From Gammaproteobacteria bacterium (GTDB lineage Bacteria > Pseudomonadota > Gammaproteobacteria > Steroidobacterales > Foliamicaceae): a DNA stretch of 64,000 bases. Within the stretch, counting starts at the first letter, position 1. Every line of letters begins with the position of its first letter. The DNA lies in the NCBI GenBank assembly GCA_009844425.1, contig VYBN01000001.1, positions 28,985-92,984 on the forward strand. The letters run 5' to 3'. The notes below the pieces were generated by a model, which worked only from the letters and a program-made list of their open reading frames with translations, was not told where the DNA came from and searched no databases. Below, in pieces: positions 34,401-41,859 of this stretch. The position numbers and the translations under genes were made by a program.

Positions 34401-34728
34401 CGGCATCGAAGCGGCTGAATTCAATCTCGACACTGGCCAGCCTGTAGCCCTCTGCGTGGCTGCCGGTTGTGAACCCCTGCGCATTGCCGAACCGGCGGTA
34501 TCCGAAAAATCCGTAATCCTGGGCCACCGGACTGTAGCCAGGCTCGCTGGCGCGGTCCGCCTGGCCGATGTTGCCCACTAGCACCTGGGCCTCGGCCGGG
34601 AGCGCAAACCACGCCGCCAGGACCAGACCCCGAAGAAGAACCGCCAGACCGCGCCGCCGCCCGCCGGAAATCGGGACGGCACAGGCAGGCGTGAGGACTG
34701 CGTTGAGCACCGGCGAAGGGGAAATCAA
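28495..34728 (-). CDS. giant (2077 aa) type Va autotransporter-like protein with Calx-beta/FN3 passenger
   Basis: Long signal region (...LVLAAWFALPAEAQ). Repeated ~100-aa Calx-beta-like modules (xxVTVxDDD ends). FN3-like segment (GATGYRVEWKAADG). Gly-rich linker. C-terminal ~300-aa beta-domain ends ...IGIELTARW. Confidence 0.8.
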   Translation of the reverse strand: MISPSPVLNAVLTPACAVPISGGRRRGLAVLLRGLVLAAWFALPAEAQVLVGNIGQADRASEPGYSPVAQDYGFFGYRRFGNAQGFTTGSHAEGYRLASVEIEFSRFDAGIEFSVTVRSSSGGQPGAVLGTLTKPAFSAFSQDMVLTFSAATGGILLAANTEYFVVVDATGHTGKPVAQWRITESDNEDSGAAAGWTIGNEHLYRTNFNSSDSGISNDWNANLLPSSLKLRLNGSEASPRITVQPGTSPVAEGAAAEFTVTADVAPPSMLTVQLEVADASGSDFVDAGNEGGKTVTIPADASSATYRVATRADSTDELDGPVTLTVATGTDYEVGSASTATVTVTDDDPTTVELTGSDLSMFEGDASNTAVLTVTLGRQLRAGEVVVAPLVLASATGARLPGSMDGGSNPDHDFTVSASGTGVALTEANTANPVLTFTGHDTNTVQAATVTLAPVANRDDGDSADETVTVRLASNSVLGASGSGTTVSGGAARHATNFQASLAMLDDEGGGVTFSVSEVRLLETGSASYTVVLDAEPVASVTMTITKGGTDSRAATISPSSHTFTSGSSGNWNEPVTVTVTGSDQSSANADRTLTLSHAFSSTDSRYNGSGVTRTVAVKVDDAPEVEAWESWVWNHGALDPARKMERPRTVTSTPGLSLGQDIHAGPLDYVIRLSNRPETGGTVTVTATVGDSNLAGLSLTRNGPPQPSLTLTFKDRDPSPHCNNGFGGDGEDYDNTPESSWQCWRRVYVHDLAAGKTGVLGCTDITHTASGGGVRGMTGPHNWSLGVIRAHMFSQSRRGPNGQEYRCPMITGKGSDPDMGTSNAPLEAAEPPADPVSNLQLAAVDASSAKAVWDAVAGATGYRVEWKAADGLNAASGVQDGVTETEFTIAHNTPSATTLTVKVIPEHLDGEGNTQALDALAGTATLALASTPSDSAALQDAALQGPTQAALAACVSDELMATAERLYESNRSKPPHYAENWFSVLMAFGQRTPSQWTADGRQVTPMTAASARQRGWQRFGDALECLEASSPPVEGDGVPLPVVRLAAGAAVTEGAAAPFTLSAGAAPAADLAVTVEIAQAGAVLEAAALGERTVTIPAGETEAAFTVSTIADDTDEPSGAVTAALAKGGGYAVDRENGGASATVAVEDDDATAVALSAPAGDVPEAGGSKTLTVALGRTLVQGESLSIPLLFGGAAVLGSDYALSAPETAPQGVTYANLAGAGPKGPPALTFTGPSAASATLTLMAAADSSAEGGSETVTVGLGTISATGLGGGAEGSGTVRFAILEPPPEMSIAAKTASITEGAGAAFTVTASRAPGADLAVRLAVSESDASDFVAADHEGAAAVTIPKGQTEAAFTVATVDDTADEPGGTVTAALAGDGEDGLRYTVAAPPGDAASVAVADNDAASALPMFSIGDETVNEKDGYMWFTVRLSKAAGKLVSVHYRTRHSTPVSAQEGVDYLKAAWHLDFGPDDTEKRFWVYVYNDSHNEDPETFEVALSRPSAGVGIADGVAVGTIVNSDPMPAAWLARFGRTVAEQALDGIAGRMAAPRAPGAQGAIAGQAISLNPGSQSGAGGDGGPGAAKDNMAAGGIGLAGNGPSGMAGFGGRAGGFGPGFSRPGGRFGAGGLGNAHGFGSGPGQAFGSGSGRSRTMTLQEALLGSSFTATGAADSRGGSLALWGRAAQGNFDGREGTFSLDGDAATTMLGADYARGNWLVGLALMQSAGEGGYADTGAGPRPASRICQAGDDTVDPEARRALCGGAVREGGGKVEASLTAAVPYAALQASERMKLWGALGYGAGEVTLTPQMGGNYKADIGWTMAALGLRGDLIAPPKAGSGLALALTSDALYAGDSSDGTNDLAPSASGVSRLRLGLEGSYRIALAGGGSITPKLEAGARHDGGDAETGFGVELGGGIAWVDPALGLSLELSGRALIAHGNNDIKDRGFAASLAWDPAPATKRGPSLTLRQDWGGRAQGGLDALFAPAPLEERAGFGEAASRWAMEAAWGFPAFGGRFTGSPHAGFGLAAAARDFTLGWRLAPDTAHAADLAFGLKAARRETAAAPPEHMIGIELTARW

Positions 34729-35075
34729 TGCCTGCGCCTCACGCGCCCCGGCAATGCCACGCCGCGAGCGGCTCCGAATCGCCTGTCCGATGGCTTCCCC
34801 GTCTTGTCCAGCGTCAACCTGGTCAACAGGGGATGGTATCTGGCCCGGAACAATACCGTTTCAGGGAGCGGGAATATGGCAGGGCGCGAAGGCGGGGAAG
34901 ACCCCGGACGAACCTCTCGGGAATGCCGACGGCGAACGGGATGCCGCCACGCCGCCACGCCGTCGTTCAACATGGTCATCGTGTTCATCACATCGCCTCT
35001 GAACTTGCTGGCTGGCCCGCCGCCGCGCACCGAGCGGATCACTGCCGAGAATTGCCTATTCGGATTTTGCGTACC

Positions 35076-35142
35076 GTAAGCCGCACCCGGTTGGAAGGCA
35101 AGACTCAGCGTAATGCCTGTAGAGAGCACATAAAGTGTCCGG
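35076..35142 (+). pseudogene. second, scrambled RNase P RNA-like fragment
   Basis: GTAAGCCGCACCCGG..AGGCAAGAC resembles GGUAAACCCCACYCGGAGCAAGRCC, the segment that follows the 28357-28470 fragment in rnpB. CAGCGTAATGCCTG...AAAGTGTCC resembles P8 through J9/10. The match is weaker than for the first fragment. Confidence 0.35.
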
Positions 35143-35181
35143 TCATATCTTCGCGCGTTTCTTGTTTTTGGGGAGTGCGGG

Positions 35182-35557
35182 ATGGGGACGGCCGATTTGA
35201 AGCTTGCGGCCCGCTCGCTGGCGTTTGCAGTAGTGGGAACAAGCGGTCAGCGTTGCACCAGTACCCGTCGTGTAATCGCCCAGAAGCCGGTCCAGGAGCG
35301 TTTGGTGGAACACATGGTCTCCGCATTCGGCCAGATCAAGGTAGGCGACCCGCGAGAGGAAGATGCGATCGTCGGACCGCTTATCGACATTCATGCCGTT
35401 CGTCACTTCGAGACCGCGATCCGGGAAGCGGTCGAACTGGGAGGCAGGATCGCGAACTGCCGGGTCGGATGCGTGGAAGGGTTACATGCGCCGGCAAAGC
35501 GTTTGCATTAACTGGAGCGGGACGACCCCCTGGGATTCAATCATCGACCTCGACTGA
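35182..35557 (+). pseudogene. truncated, internally deleted copy of the ALDH 3' end
   Basis: 35182-35453 aligns to 26324-26595 (about 93 % by hand count) and 35454-35557 aligns to 26925-27028 (1 mismatch). A 329-nt deletion causes a frameshift. Track ORFs 35182-35511 and 35363-35557 carry the ALDH peptide. Confidence 0.9.
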
Positions 35558-35574
35558 ATCCTTGTCCGGCAAGC

Positions 35575-35627
35575 CCGGGAGCGAGGGCGTCCCGCCCTCG
35601 GCGAAGGCGAGACGCCTTCGCTCCCGG
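35575..35627. repeat. double-hairpin REP-like palindrome, copy 1
   Basis: ccgggagcgagggcgtcccgccctcggcgaaggcgagacgccttcgctcccgg. Each half is itself a hairpin (gagggcg-tcc-cgccctc; gaaggcg-aga-cgccttc). It lies 5 nt downstream of the prfB stop. A second copy is at 56405-56457. Confidence 0.8.
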
Positions 35628-35632
35628 AGTTG

Positions 35633-36728
35633 CTAAACCCCCTGCTTGAGGCCCGCCTCGATAAACGGGCCCAGGGCGCCGTTCAGGACCGCCGTCGGGT
35701 TGCCGGACTCCACCCCTGTGCGCAGGTCCTTGACCCGCGACTGGTCGAGCACGTACGAGCGAATCTGGTTCCCCCAGCCGATGTCGGCCTTGCTGTCCTC
35801 CAGGGCCTGCTGCTCCGCACGCCGCTCCCGCTCGGCCAGCTCGAAAAGCTTGGCGCGCAGCTGCTTCATCGCCGTGGCCCGGTTCTTGTGCTGCGAGCGC
35901 TCGTTCTGGCACTGCACGACGATGCCCGTAGGCTGGTGGGTAATGCGAACCGCGGATTCGGTGCGGTTGACGTGCTGGCCCCCGGCGCCGCTGGCGCGGT
36001 AAACGTCGATACGCAGATCGCCGGGATCCACATCCACCTCGGCCTCTTCCTCGATCTCCGGCGAAACGAAAACACTGGCGAACGAAGTGTGCCGGCGGGC
36101 CCCGGAATCGAACGGCGACTTTCTCACCAGGCGGTGCACGCCGGTCTCGGTGCGCAGCCAGCCGTAGGCGTGATCGCCGCGCACATGCACGGTGGCGCTC
36201 TTGACTCCGGCGACCTCGCCGTCGGAAGCCTCGATCAGTTGCGCGTCGAACTTGTTGGCCTCGCAGAACTTGAGGTACATGCGCAACAGCATTTCGGCGA
36301 AATCCTGAGCATCGTGCCCGCCGGATCCGGCCGTGACCTCAAGAAACGCGTTGGACCCGTCCCTGGCGCCGCCGAACATGCGGCGGAACTCCAGCTTTTC
36401 CACTTCCTCCGCGAGCGTCCGGACTCCGTTGCCCACGTCTACCAGCGTGGCCTGGTCCTGCTCCTCGAGGGCGAGCTCGAGCAGTTCCTCCAGTTCGCCC
36501 GCATCCGTTGCGAGGCGGTCCAGCGTTTGCGTAACGGACTGCAACGACGCCCGTTCGCGTCCCAGCGCGCCGGCGCGTTGCGTATCGGACCAGACGGAAG
36601 GGTCGGCGAGTTCGGTTTCGACTTCGCTCAGGCGCCGGGCCTTGCCGGCGTAATCAAAGGTACCCCCTAAGCGCCTCGAGTCGGGCGCCCAGATCGGCAA
36701 GCAGCGGCGTGAGCTGAGTCGTTTCCAT
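35633..36728 (-). CDS. prfB: peptide chain release factor 2, with programmed +1 frameshift
   Basis: Frame 0 reads [27 protein letters not shown]. After the +1 shift it reads DYAGKARRL...[16 protein letters not shown]...[18 protein letters not shown]... to LKQGV*. The upstream part of track ORF 35633-36847 is not coding. Confidence 0.92.
36654..36668 (-). promoter_or_regulatory. RF2 autoregulatory +1 frameshift site
   Basis: The reverse strand reads AGGGGG TAC CTT TGA T: an internal SD-like element, a 3-nt spacer, the slippery CUU and an in-frame UGA. This is the canonical prfB recoding cassette. Confidence 0.9.
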
Positions 36729-36778
36729 GGCGGCGAAGCGTACGGCAACTCCCCCGCGCTACGCAACCACTTGCGTTT

Positions 36779-36890
36779 CCGTTCAGCACCACCCCTTGCC
36801 GTCGGGGTACGCCTGCGAGCACATCCCTGTGGGCTCGGCGTCGGCATCCTGCCTCCGACGCCCCCGACGGCAAGGGGTGGTGCTGAACGG
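36779..36890 (-). repeat. 110-nt hairpin-core element, copy B (core inverted relative to A/C/D)
   Basis: Perfect 29-nt arms ccgttcagcaccaccccttgccgtcgggg / ccccgacggcaaggggtggtgctgaacgg. The reverse complement of the core is gcgtcggaggcaggatgccgacgccgagcccacagggatgtgctcgcaggcgta. Confidence 0.9.
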
Positions 36891-36902
36891 ACCTAAGGGT
36901 AG

Positions 36903-37268
36903 TCAGCGGACGCGCAGGGCGGCGGCGACGGCGCGGCCTTCGGACGCCAGCACGTTGTAGGTGCGGCAGGCGGCGCCCGTGTCCATGACCTCGAGTCCTA
37001 TGCCCTTTACCAGCAGCTTTCCGCCGATGCCGTGCTCGGGAAAGCGCTGCGCCTCGCCGGTGCCCAGGATGATCACGTCGGGCTGGTGCTCGATCAGCGG
37101 CGCGAGGTGCTCCAGCGTAACGGGTTCATCGTCCTTCAGGGGCCAGGGCCGCACCTCCTCCGGACTCAGCAGGACCGGTTCGCGCCAGACGTCCTTGCCG
37201 ATACGCAATTCACCCGGACGCCACCACCGCACGGTGAGCGCGCTCCCGGCTTCCAGCTGAAGCTTCAC
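36903..37268 (-). CDS. Mth938/DUF498-like small protein
   Basis: The GTG start overlaps the upstream stop (GTGA). Sequence VKLQLEAGSALTVRWWRPGELRIG...PDVIILGTGEAQRFP...GIGLEVMDTGAACRTYNVLASEGRAVAAAL. Confidence 0.6.
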   Translation of the reverse strand: MKLQLEAGSALTVRWWRPGELRIGKDVWREPVLLSPEEVRPWPLKDDEPVTLEHLAPLIEHQPDVIILGTGEAQRFPEHGIGGKLLVKGIGLEVMDTGAACRTYNVLASEGRAVAAALRVR

Positions 37269-38878
37269 GCCGCCGCGGCGAACCGTTCGCGCAACTTGAG
37301 CTTGCTGACCTTGCCTGTGGCGGTGTGCGGCAATTCGTCGGTGAATTCCACCGCATCGGGTATCCACCACTTGGCGACCTTGCCCTCGAACCAGGCCAGC
37401 AGGGCGTCGGCATCGACCGCCGCGTCCTCCTTCAGGCAGACGATCAGCAGCGGCCGTTCCGACCATTTCTCGTGCGGCGTCGCGATTACCGCCGCCTCGG
37501 CCACGGCGGGATGCGCCATGGCCACGTCTTCCAGCTCGATCGAACTGATCCACTCGCCGCCGGACTTGATCAGGTCCTTGGTGCGGTCGGTGATGCGCAT
37601 GAATCCTTCCCTATCGATGCTGGCGACGTCTCCCGTGTCGAACCAGCCATCCTCAAGCGCCGATTCCTCCGTGCGGAAGTAACGGTTCGCGACCCATGGT
37701 CCGCGAACCTGCAGGCGCCCGACGGCCTTTCCGTCTCTCGGCAATTCCTTGCCGTCGTCGTCGACCAGCCGCATCTCCACCCCGTACGGCGCGCGCCCCT
37801 GGCTCAACTGCTGGTGCAGCCTGGCCTCGGCGTCCATTCCGGCGGTACTGGCCGTGGGCGCGTTCACGCTGCCCAGAGGGCTCATTTCGGTCATTCCCCA
37901 GGCGTGAATCACATGAATTCCATGCCGTTCTTCAAAATCCACCATCATCGAACGCGGGCAGGCCGCGCCACCCACCACCAGGTCCCGCACCGTTTCCAGG
38001 TGCTGGCCGGTGGCTTCCAGGTAATTCAGCAAACCCAGCCAAACGGTCGGAACGCCTAGCGCCGTGGTTACCCGTTCGCTGTTCATCATCGCCACGAGCG
38101 CTTCGGGATCGCCCGCCTTGGGCCCCGGCAGCACCAGCCTGGCGCCCACCATCGGCGCGCAGTACACCACTCCCCAGGAATTGGCGTGGAACATGGGCAC
38201 CACCGGCAAAACGCTGTCGGTACTGTTGATATTGATTGCGTCGGACAAACCGCTGGCATAGGTGTGCAGGATCGTGGAGCGGTGCGAATACAGCACGCCC
38301 TTGGGATTGCCGGTTGTGCCCGAGGTATAGCACATGGAGCTGGCCGTGTTTTCGTCGAGTGCCGGCCAGTCGAAGGAATCGCTCTCGCCTTCGATCAGTT
38401 CCTCATAGCTGATCAGCCCCGGAACGGAAGAGTCCGGCATTGCCTGCTTCGAGCACAGAAGTACGAACAACTCCACCGTGGGGAAGGCCTTGTGCAGCTT
38501 TTCCAGCAGGGGCAGCAGGAGGGGATCGGCAAACAGGAAGCGGTCCTCGGCGTGGTTGACGATGTATTGAAGCTGCTCTGGAAACAGCCTCGGATTGATG
38601 GTGTGCAGGACGCCTCCCATGGAGGAAATACCGTAGTAGAGCTCCATGTGACGGTAGTCGTTCCAGGCCATGGTCGCGACCCGGTCGCCCTCCTTCAGCC
38701 CCAGGCGCCTGAGGGCATTGGCGAGCTTTGCGCAGCGGCGGAAGATCTCCGCATAGGTGGTCCGGTGCGCGGGATTCTCGACGGTCAGCGAATAGACCTC
38801 CGAGGCGCCGTGCTGGGCCTCCACATGGCGCATCAGGCTGGTCACCGTCAGCGGGTAGTCCATCATCAAACCTTTCAT
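37265..38878 (-). CDS. AMP-dependent fatty-acid--CoA ligase
   Basis: 537 aa. AMP-binding motifs MCYTSGTTGNPKGV, GWFDTGD and SGGEWISS. Confidence 0.85.
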   Translation of the reverse strand: MKGLMMDYPLTVTSLMRHVEAQHGASEVYSLTVENPAHRTTYAEIFRRCAKLANALRRLGLKEGDRVATMAWNDYRHMELYYGISSMGGVLHTINPRLFPEQLQYIVNHAEDRFLFADPLLLPLLEKLHKAFPTVELFVLLCSKQAMPDSSVPGLISYEELIEGESDSFDWPALDENTASSMCYTSGTTGNPKGVLYSHRSTILHTYASGLSDAININSTDSVLPVVPMFHANSWGVVYCAPMVGARLVLPGPKAGDPEALVAMMNSERVTTALGVPTVWLGLLNYLEATGQHLETVRDLVVGGAACPRSMMVDFEERHGIHVIHAWGMTEMSPLGSVNAPTASTAGMDAEARLHQQLSQGRAPYGVEMRLVDDDGKELPRDGKAVGRLQVRGPWVANRYFRTEESALEDGWFDTGDVASIDREGFMRITDRTKDLIKSGGEWISSIELEDVAMAHPAVAEAAVIATPHEKWSERPLLIVCLKEDAAVDADALLAWFEGKVAKWWIPDAVEFTDELPHTATGKVSKLKLRERFAAAA

Positions 38879-38921
38879 GGGTCATCCACCTCGCGCTGGT
38901 GCTCTTGAAGGGCGGAGGTCG

Positions 38922-39827
38922 TCAGCCGCGCGGAGGCAGCAGGCCAACGGGCTCGACCGGCTTGCCGTTACGGCGAATCTCGAAGTGCAGCATCGCCGCA
39001 TTGCCGGGCCCCACGCCCATCGTCGCGATCGGCTGGCCGGCGCGCACCTCGTCGCCCTCCTTGACGAGAATCCTCTCGTTGTGGCCGTAGGCGCTCAGCC
39101 ACTCCGGGGAATGCTGCACGATTACCAGGAGTCCGTACGCCTTCAGTCCGTCTCCCGCGTACATGATCTTGCCTCCGTCGGAGGCCATGATGTCCTGACC
39201 GCGCGTCCCCAGAATACGGATGCCGTAGTCGCCGTCCCGCGCCCGTGCGCCCTGGACGTCCAGGCTCCCCCCTGTCGGCCACTCCCATCCGGTCGCGCCC
39301 GAAGCCGGCCGGGAAGGTGGAGATGACGGGGCCGGGGAGCGCTGCGGCGACGAAGCGCCAGTTCCGGCGCCGCCCGGCGAGGAGACCGGATCGCGGGCCG
39401 GGCCGCCGCCCGCGGAAACACGAGTCGCCGGAGAAGAGACCGGAGTGGCGGCGACGGAGCCCGAAGCCGCATATCCCGGTGGAGGCGTGAGCCTGATTCG
39501 CTGCCCGACCAGGATCAGGCTGCCGTCCCCCAGTTCATTCCAGGCGGCCAGATCGTTCACCCGAAGGCGGAATCGCCAGGCGATGGAGAAAAGCGTGTCG
39601 CCCGCCTCCACCCTGTACCAGTCGACGGCGCGGTCCGCCGCGGCGCCGGCCGCACTCCGCCGTGCCGATTCCGATGGCGTTGCGGCGGAGGGAATGGCTT
39701 CGGCCGGGGCTTGCCCGGCGGGCGCCGGGTCTTCGGGAATCCAACTCCAGCACGAGGACAGAAGCAACGCTCCGGCCGTCATCAGGCACAAGCGGCCCGC
39801 GCTGCGAATTCGAGGCACCATGCTCAT
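38922..39827 (-). CDS. nlpD: LysM + M23 peptidase lipoprotein (NlpD-like)
   Basis: The ATG overlaps the dedA stop (ATGA). Lipobox LLLSSC. LysM segment (YRVEAGDTLFSIAWRF). Pro/Ser linker. M23 domain (...LSAYGHNERILVKEGDEVRAGQPIATMG). Confidence 0.85.
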   Translation of the reverse strand: MSMVPRIRSAGRLCLMTAGALLLSSCWSWIPEDPAPAGQAPAEAIPSAATPSESARRSAAGAAADRAVDWYRVEAGDTLFSIAWRFRLRVNDLAAWNELGDGSLILVGQRIRLTPPPGYAASGSVAATPVSSPATRVSAGGGPARDPVSSPGGAGTGASSPQRSPAPSSPPSRPASGATGWEWPTGGSLDVQGARARDGDYGIRILGTRGQDIMASDGGKIMYAGDGLKAYGLLVIVQHSPEWLSAYGHNERILVKEGDEVRAGQPIATMGVGPGNAAMLHFEIRRNGKPVEPVGLLPPRG

Positions 39828-40405
39828 AGATACCACCATAACCCAATTGCGACGACAATCAGACCGATCAGCGCCCAACCGGCCCGGTCCGAATAACGAA
39901 TGGCGCGGAGCGCCCTGGGACCGAGCCAGGCGGCCAGCGAACCGACCAGGAAGAAACGCAATCCGCGGCCGAGCAACGAAGCCGTAACGAAGGCGCCCAC
40001 GTCCATGTTCATACCGCCGGCGGCAATGGCGAAGACCTTGTACGGGAGCGGCGTAAAGGCCGCCATGACCAGCGCCCAGTAGCCCCAGCGCCCGTACCAG
40101 GACTGGACCCGTGAATACTGCTCGCCCCAGCCCCATTCCTGAATAAGGGGCAACACGGCATCGATCGCAAGATAACCGATCAGCAGACCGCACAAGCCGC
40201 CGGCCACCGAGAACGCAAGGGTCAGTACAACCAGCCGTACCGTCTTCTTCGGCTGCGCGGCGCACATCGGCACCAGCATTACGTCCACGGCGATCGGAAA
40301 GAAAATGGACTCGGCAAAGCTGACCGCGCACAGCACGGCCGGCGCCGCGGGCGTGCGGGCCCACGCCACAACGCGATCGACAAGCCGGGACGGCGCCGTT
40401 TCCAT
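39824..40405 (-). CDS. DedA/YqaA-family (VTT domain) membrane protein
   Basis: 193 aa, polytopic. Segments FAESIFFPIAVDVML and TPLPYKVFAIAAG. Confidence 0.7.
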   Translation of the reverse strand: METAPSRLVDRVVAWARTPAAPAVLCAVSFAESIFFPIAVDVMLVPMCAAQPKKTVRLVVLTLAFSVAGGLCGLLIGYLAIDAVLPLIQEWGWGEQYSRVQSWYGRWGYWALVMAAFTPLPYKVFAIAAGGMNMDVGAFVTASLLGRGLRFFLVGSLAAWLGPRALRAIRYSDRAGWALIGLIVVAIGLWWYL

Positions 40406-40419
40406 TTTGTGGTCCGGCG

Positions 40420-41112
40420 TCAGCCCTGCCCCGGCAACAGCGGTACGAAAGCGACCGGCGCCAGGCTCTCGCGCACGTCACCGCTCTCACCGCGCTCGAT
40501 GCGCACGAGTTCCTGGCGGGAATGGTCGCCGAGGGGAATGACGAGGCGCCCGCCCGGCGCCAGCTGGTCGAGCAGCGCCTGCGGCACCGCCGCTGCCGCC
40601 GCGGCGACCAGGATGCCGTCGAAGGGCGCCTGTCCCGGCCAGCCGAGCATTCCGTCGCCGTGCCGAAAGCGCACGTTGTTGCAGCCCAGTTCCGCCAGCA
40701 GGGGCCGTGCTTCGGCGAGCAGCGAGCCGATCCGCTCGATGCTGAACACGGACCGTACCAGCGGGGCCAGAATCGCGGTCTGGTAGCCGGAACCGCATCC
40801 GACCTCAAGCACCTTGGCGGGCCGCCGCATCCGGCCGTCCTCCTCCATCAGCAAGGCCTGCGTCATCAGGGCCACGACGTAAGGCTGCGAAATGGTCTGC
40901 CCCGACCCGATCGGCAGCGCATTATCGTTGTAGGCGTAGCGTTCCAGCGCTTCTTCGATGAACAGGTGGCGCGGCGTGCGGCGTATCTGCTCCAGGACCT
41001 CCGGGCTGCGGATTCCGCGCTCGCGCAGTGAATCCGCCAGGCGGTCGCGGACCCGGGCGGACGTCAGGCCAATCCCGCTGCGCCGGCGTTGTCCCGGGCG
41101 CGACGGATTCAT
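40420..41112 (-). CDS. pcm: protein-L-isoaspartate O-methyltransferase
   Basis: Motifs [17 protein letters not shown] and [16 protein letters not shown]...GGRLVIPLG, in surE-pcm-nlpD synteny. Confidence 0.9.
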   Translation of the reverse strand: MNPSRPGQRRRSGIGLTSARVRDRLADSLRERGIRSPEVLEQIRRTPRHLFIEEALERYAYNDNALPIGSGQTISQPYVVALMTQALLMEEDGRMRRPAKVLEVGCGSGYQTAILAPLVRSVFSIERIGSLLAEARPLLAELGCNNVRFRHGDGMLGWPGQAPFDGILVAAAAAAVPQALLDQLAPGGRLVIPLGDHSRQELVRIERGESGDVRESLAPVAFVPLLPGQG

Positions 41113-41858
41113 AGCTGCAGCCAGTCGCGGGTCGCTTCAAGACGATTGTGATCGGTCAGGTCGCACTGAAGCGGCGTCACCGAAATCCATCCGTCCTGCA
41201 CGGCAAAGAAATCGGTGCCCGGTCCGGCGTCCAGCCCGTGGCCGGGAAGACCCATCCAATACAGCTTGCCGCCGTAGGGATCGTCCGATACCTTGACGCG
41301 GGCGGCCTTGTGGCGGTGCCCCAATCGGGTCAGCTTGAAGCCGCGGATGTCCCCCCAGGGCAGATCGGGCACGTTCACGTTCAGAAGCATGTTGCCCGGC
41401 GGCTTGTTCCTGTTAAGTCGCTCGAACAATTCGCTTACCGCGCGCTGCGCGGCGTCAAAATTTTTCGGCGGGTAGCCGGCGACCGATATCGCGACCGCCG
41501 GCACGTCGAGGACCCGGGCCTCCATCGCAGCCGCCACGGTGCCGGAATAAAGCACGTCGTCGCCCAGATTGGGGCCGTGGTTGATGCCGGAAAACACCAT
41601 GTCGGGGTCCTCCGGCAACAGCCCGGTAATGGCGATGTGCACGCAGTCGGTGGGCGTGCCGGAACAGTACCAGCGGTTCGTGCCCAGCTTCGTGACCCGA
41701 AGCGGCTCGAACAGCGTGAGCGAATTGCTGGCGCCACTGTGATTGCGCTCGGGCGCAACGAGCATGATTTCGGCCAGCCCGAGCAGCGCGCGCTCCATGG
41801 CCTGCAGGCCCTCGGCGCGATAGCCGTCGTCGTTGGAAAGAAGGACCCGCACGGGCAC
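41109..41858 (-). CDS. surE: 5'/3'-nucleotidase SurE
   Basis: Start trimmed to the GTG 1 nt after the ftsB stop. Sequence [18 protein letters not shown]...[25 protein letters not shown]. Confidence 0.9.
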   Translation of the reverse strand: MPVRVLLSNDDGYRAEGLQAMERALLGLAEIMLVAPERNHSGASNSLTLFEPLRVTKLGTNRWYCSGTPTDCVHIAITGLLPEDPDMVFSGINHGPNLGDDVLYSGTVAAAMEARVLDVPAVAISVAGYPPKNFDAAQRAVSELFERLNRNKPPGNMLLNVNVPDLPWGDIRGFKLTRLGHRHKAARVKVSDDPYGGKLYWMGLPGHGLDAGPGTDFFAVQDGWISVTPLQCDLTDHNRLEATRDWLQL

Positions 41859-41859
41859 G

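Noticed and set aside
28495-34728. Periodic internal nucleotide repeats in the giant gene, considered as a possible CRISPR or tandem-repeat array.
   Set aside because: The repeats are ~300-nt, divergent, in-frame protein-domain (Calx-beta) repeats inside one continuous ORF. There is no short direct-repeat/spacer architecture anywhere in the window.
34725-35129. 134-aa ORF upstream of the autotransporter, and other ORFs in 34729-35181.
   Set aside because: There is no family resemblance, the composition is low-complexity, and they overlap the RNase P-like relic. This is more likely promoter or relic DNA.
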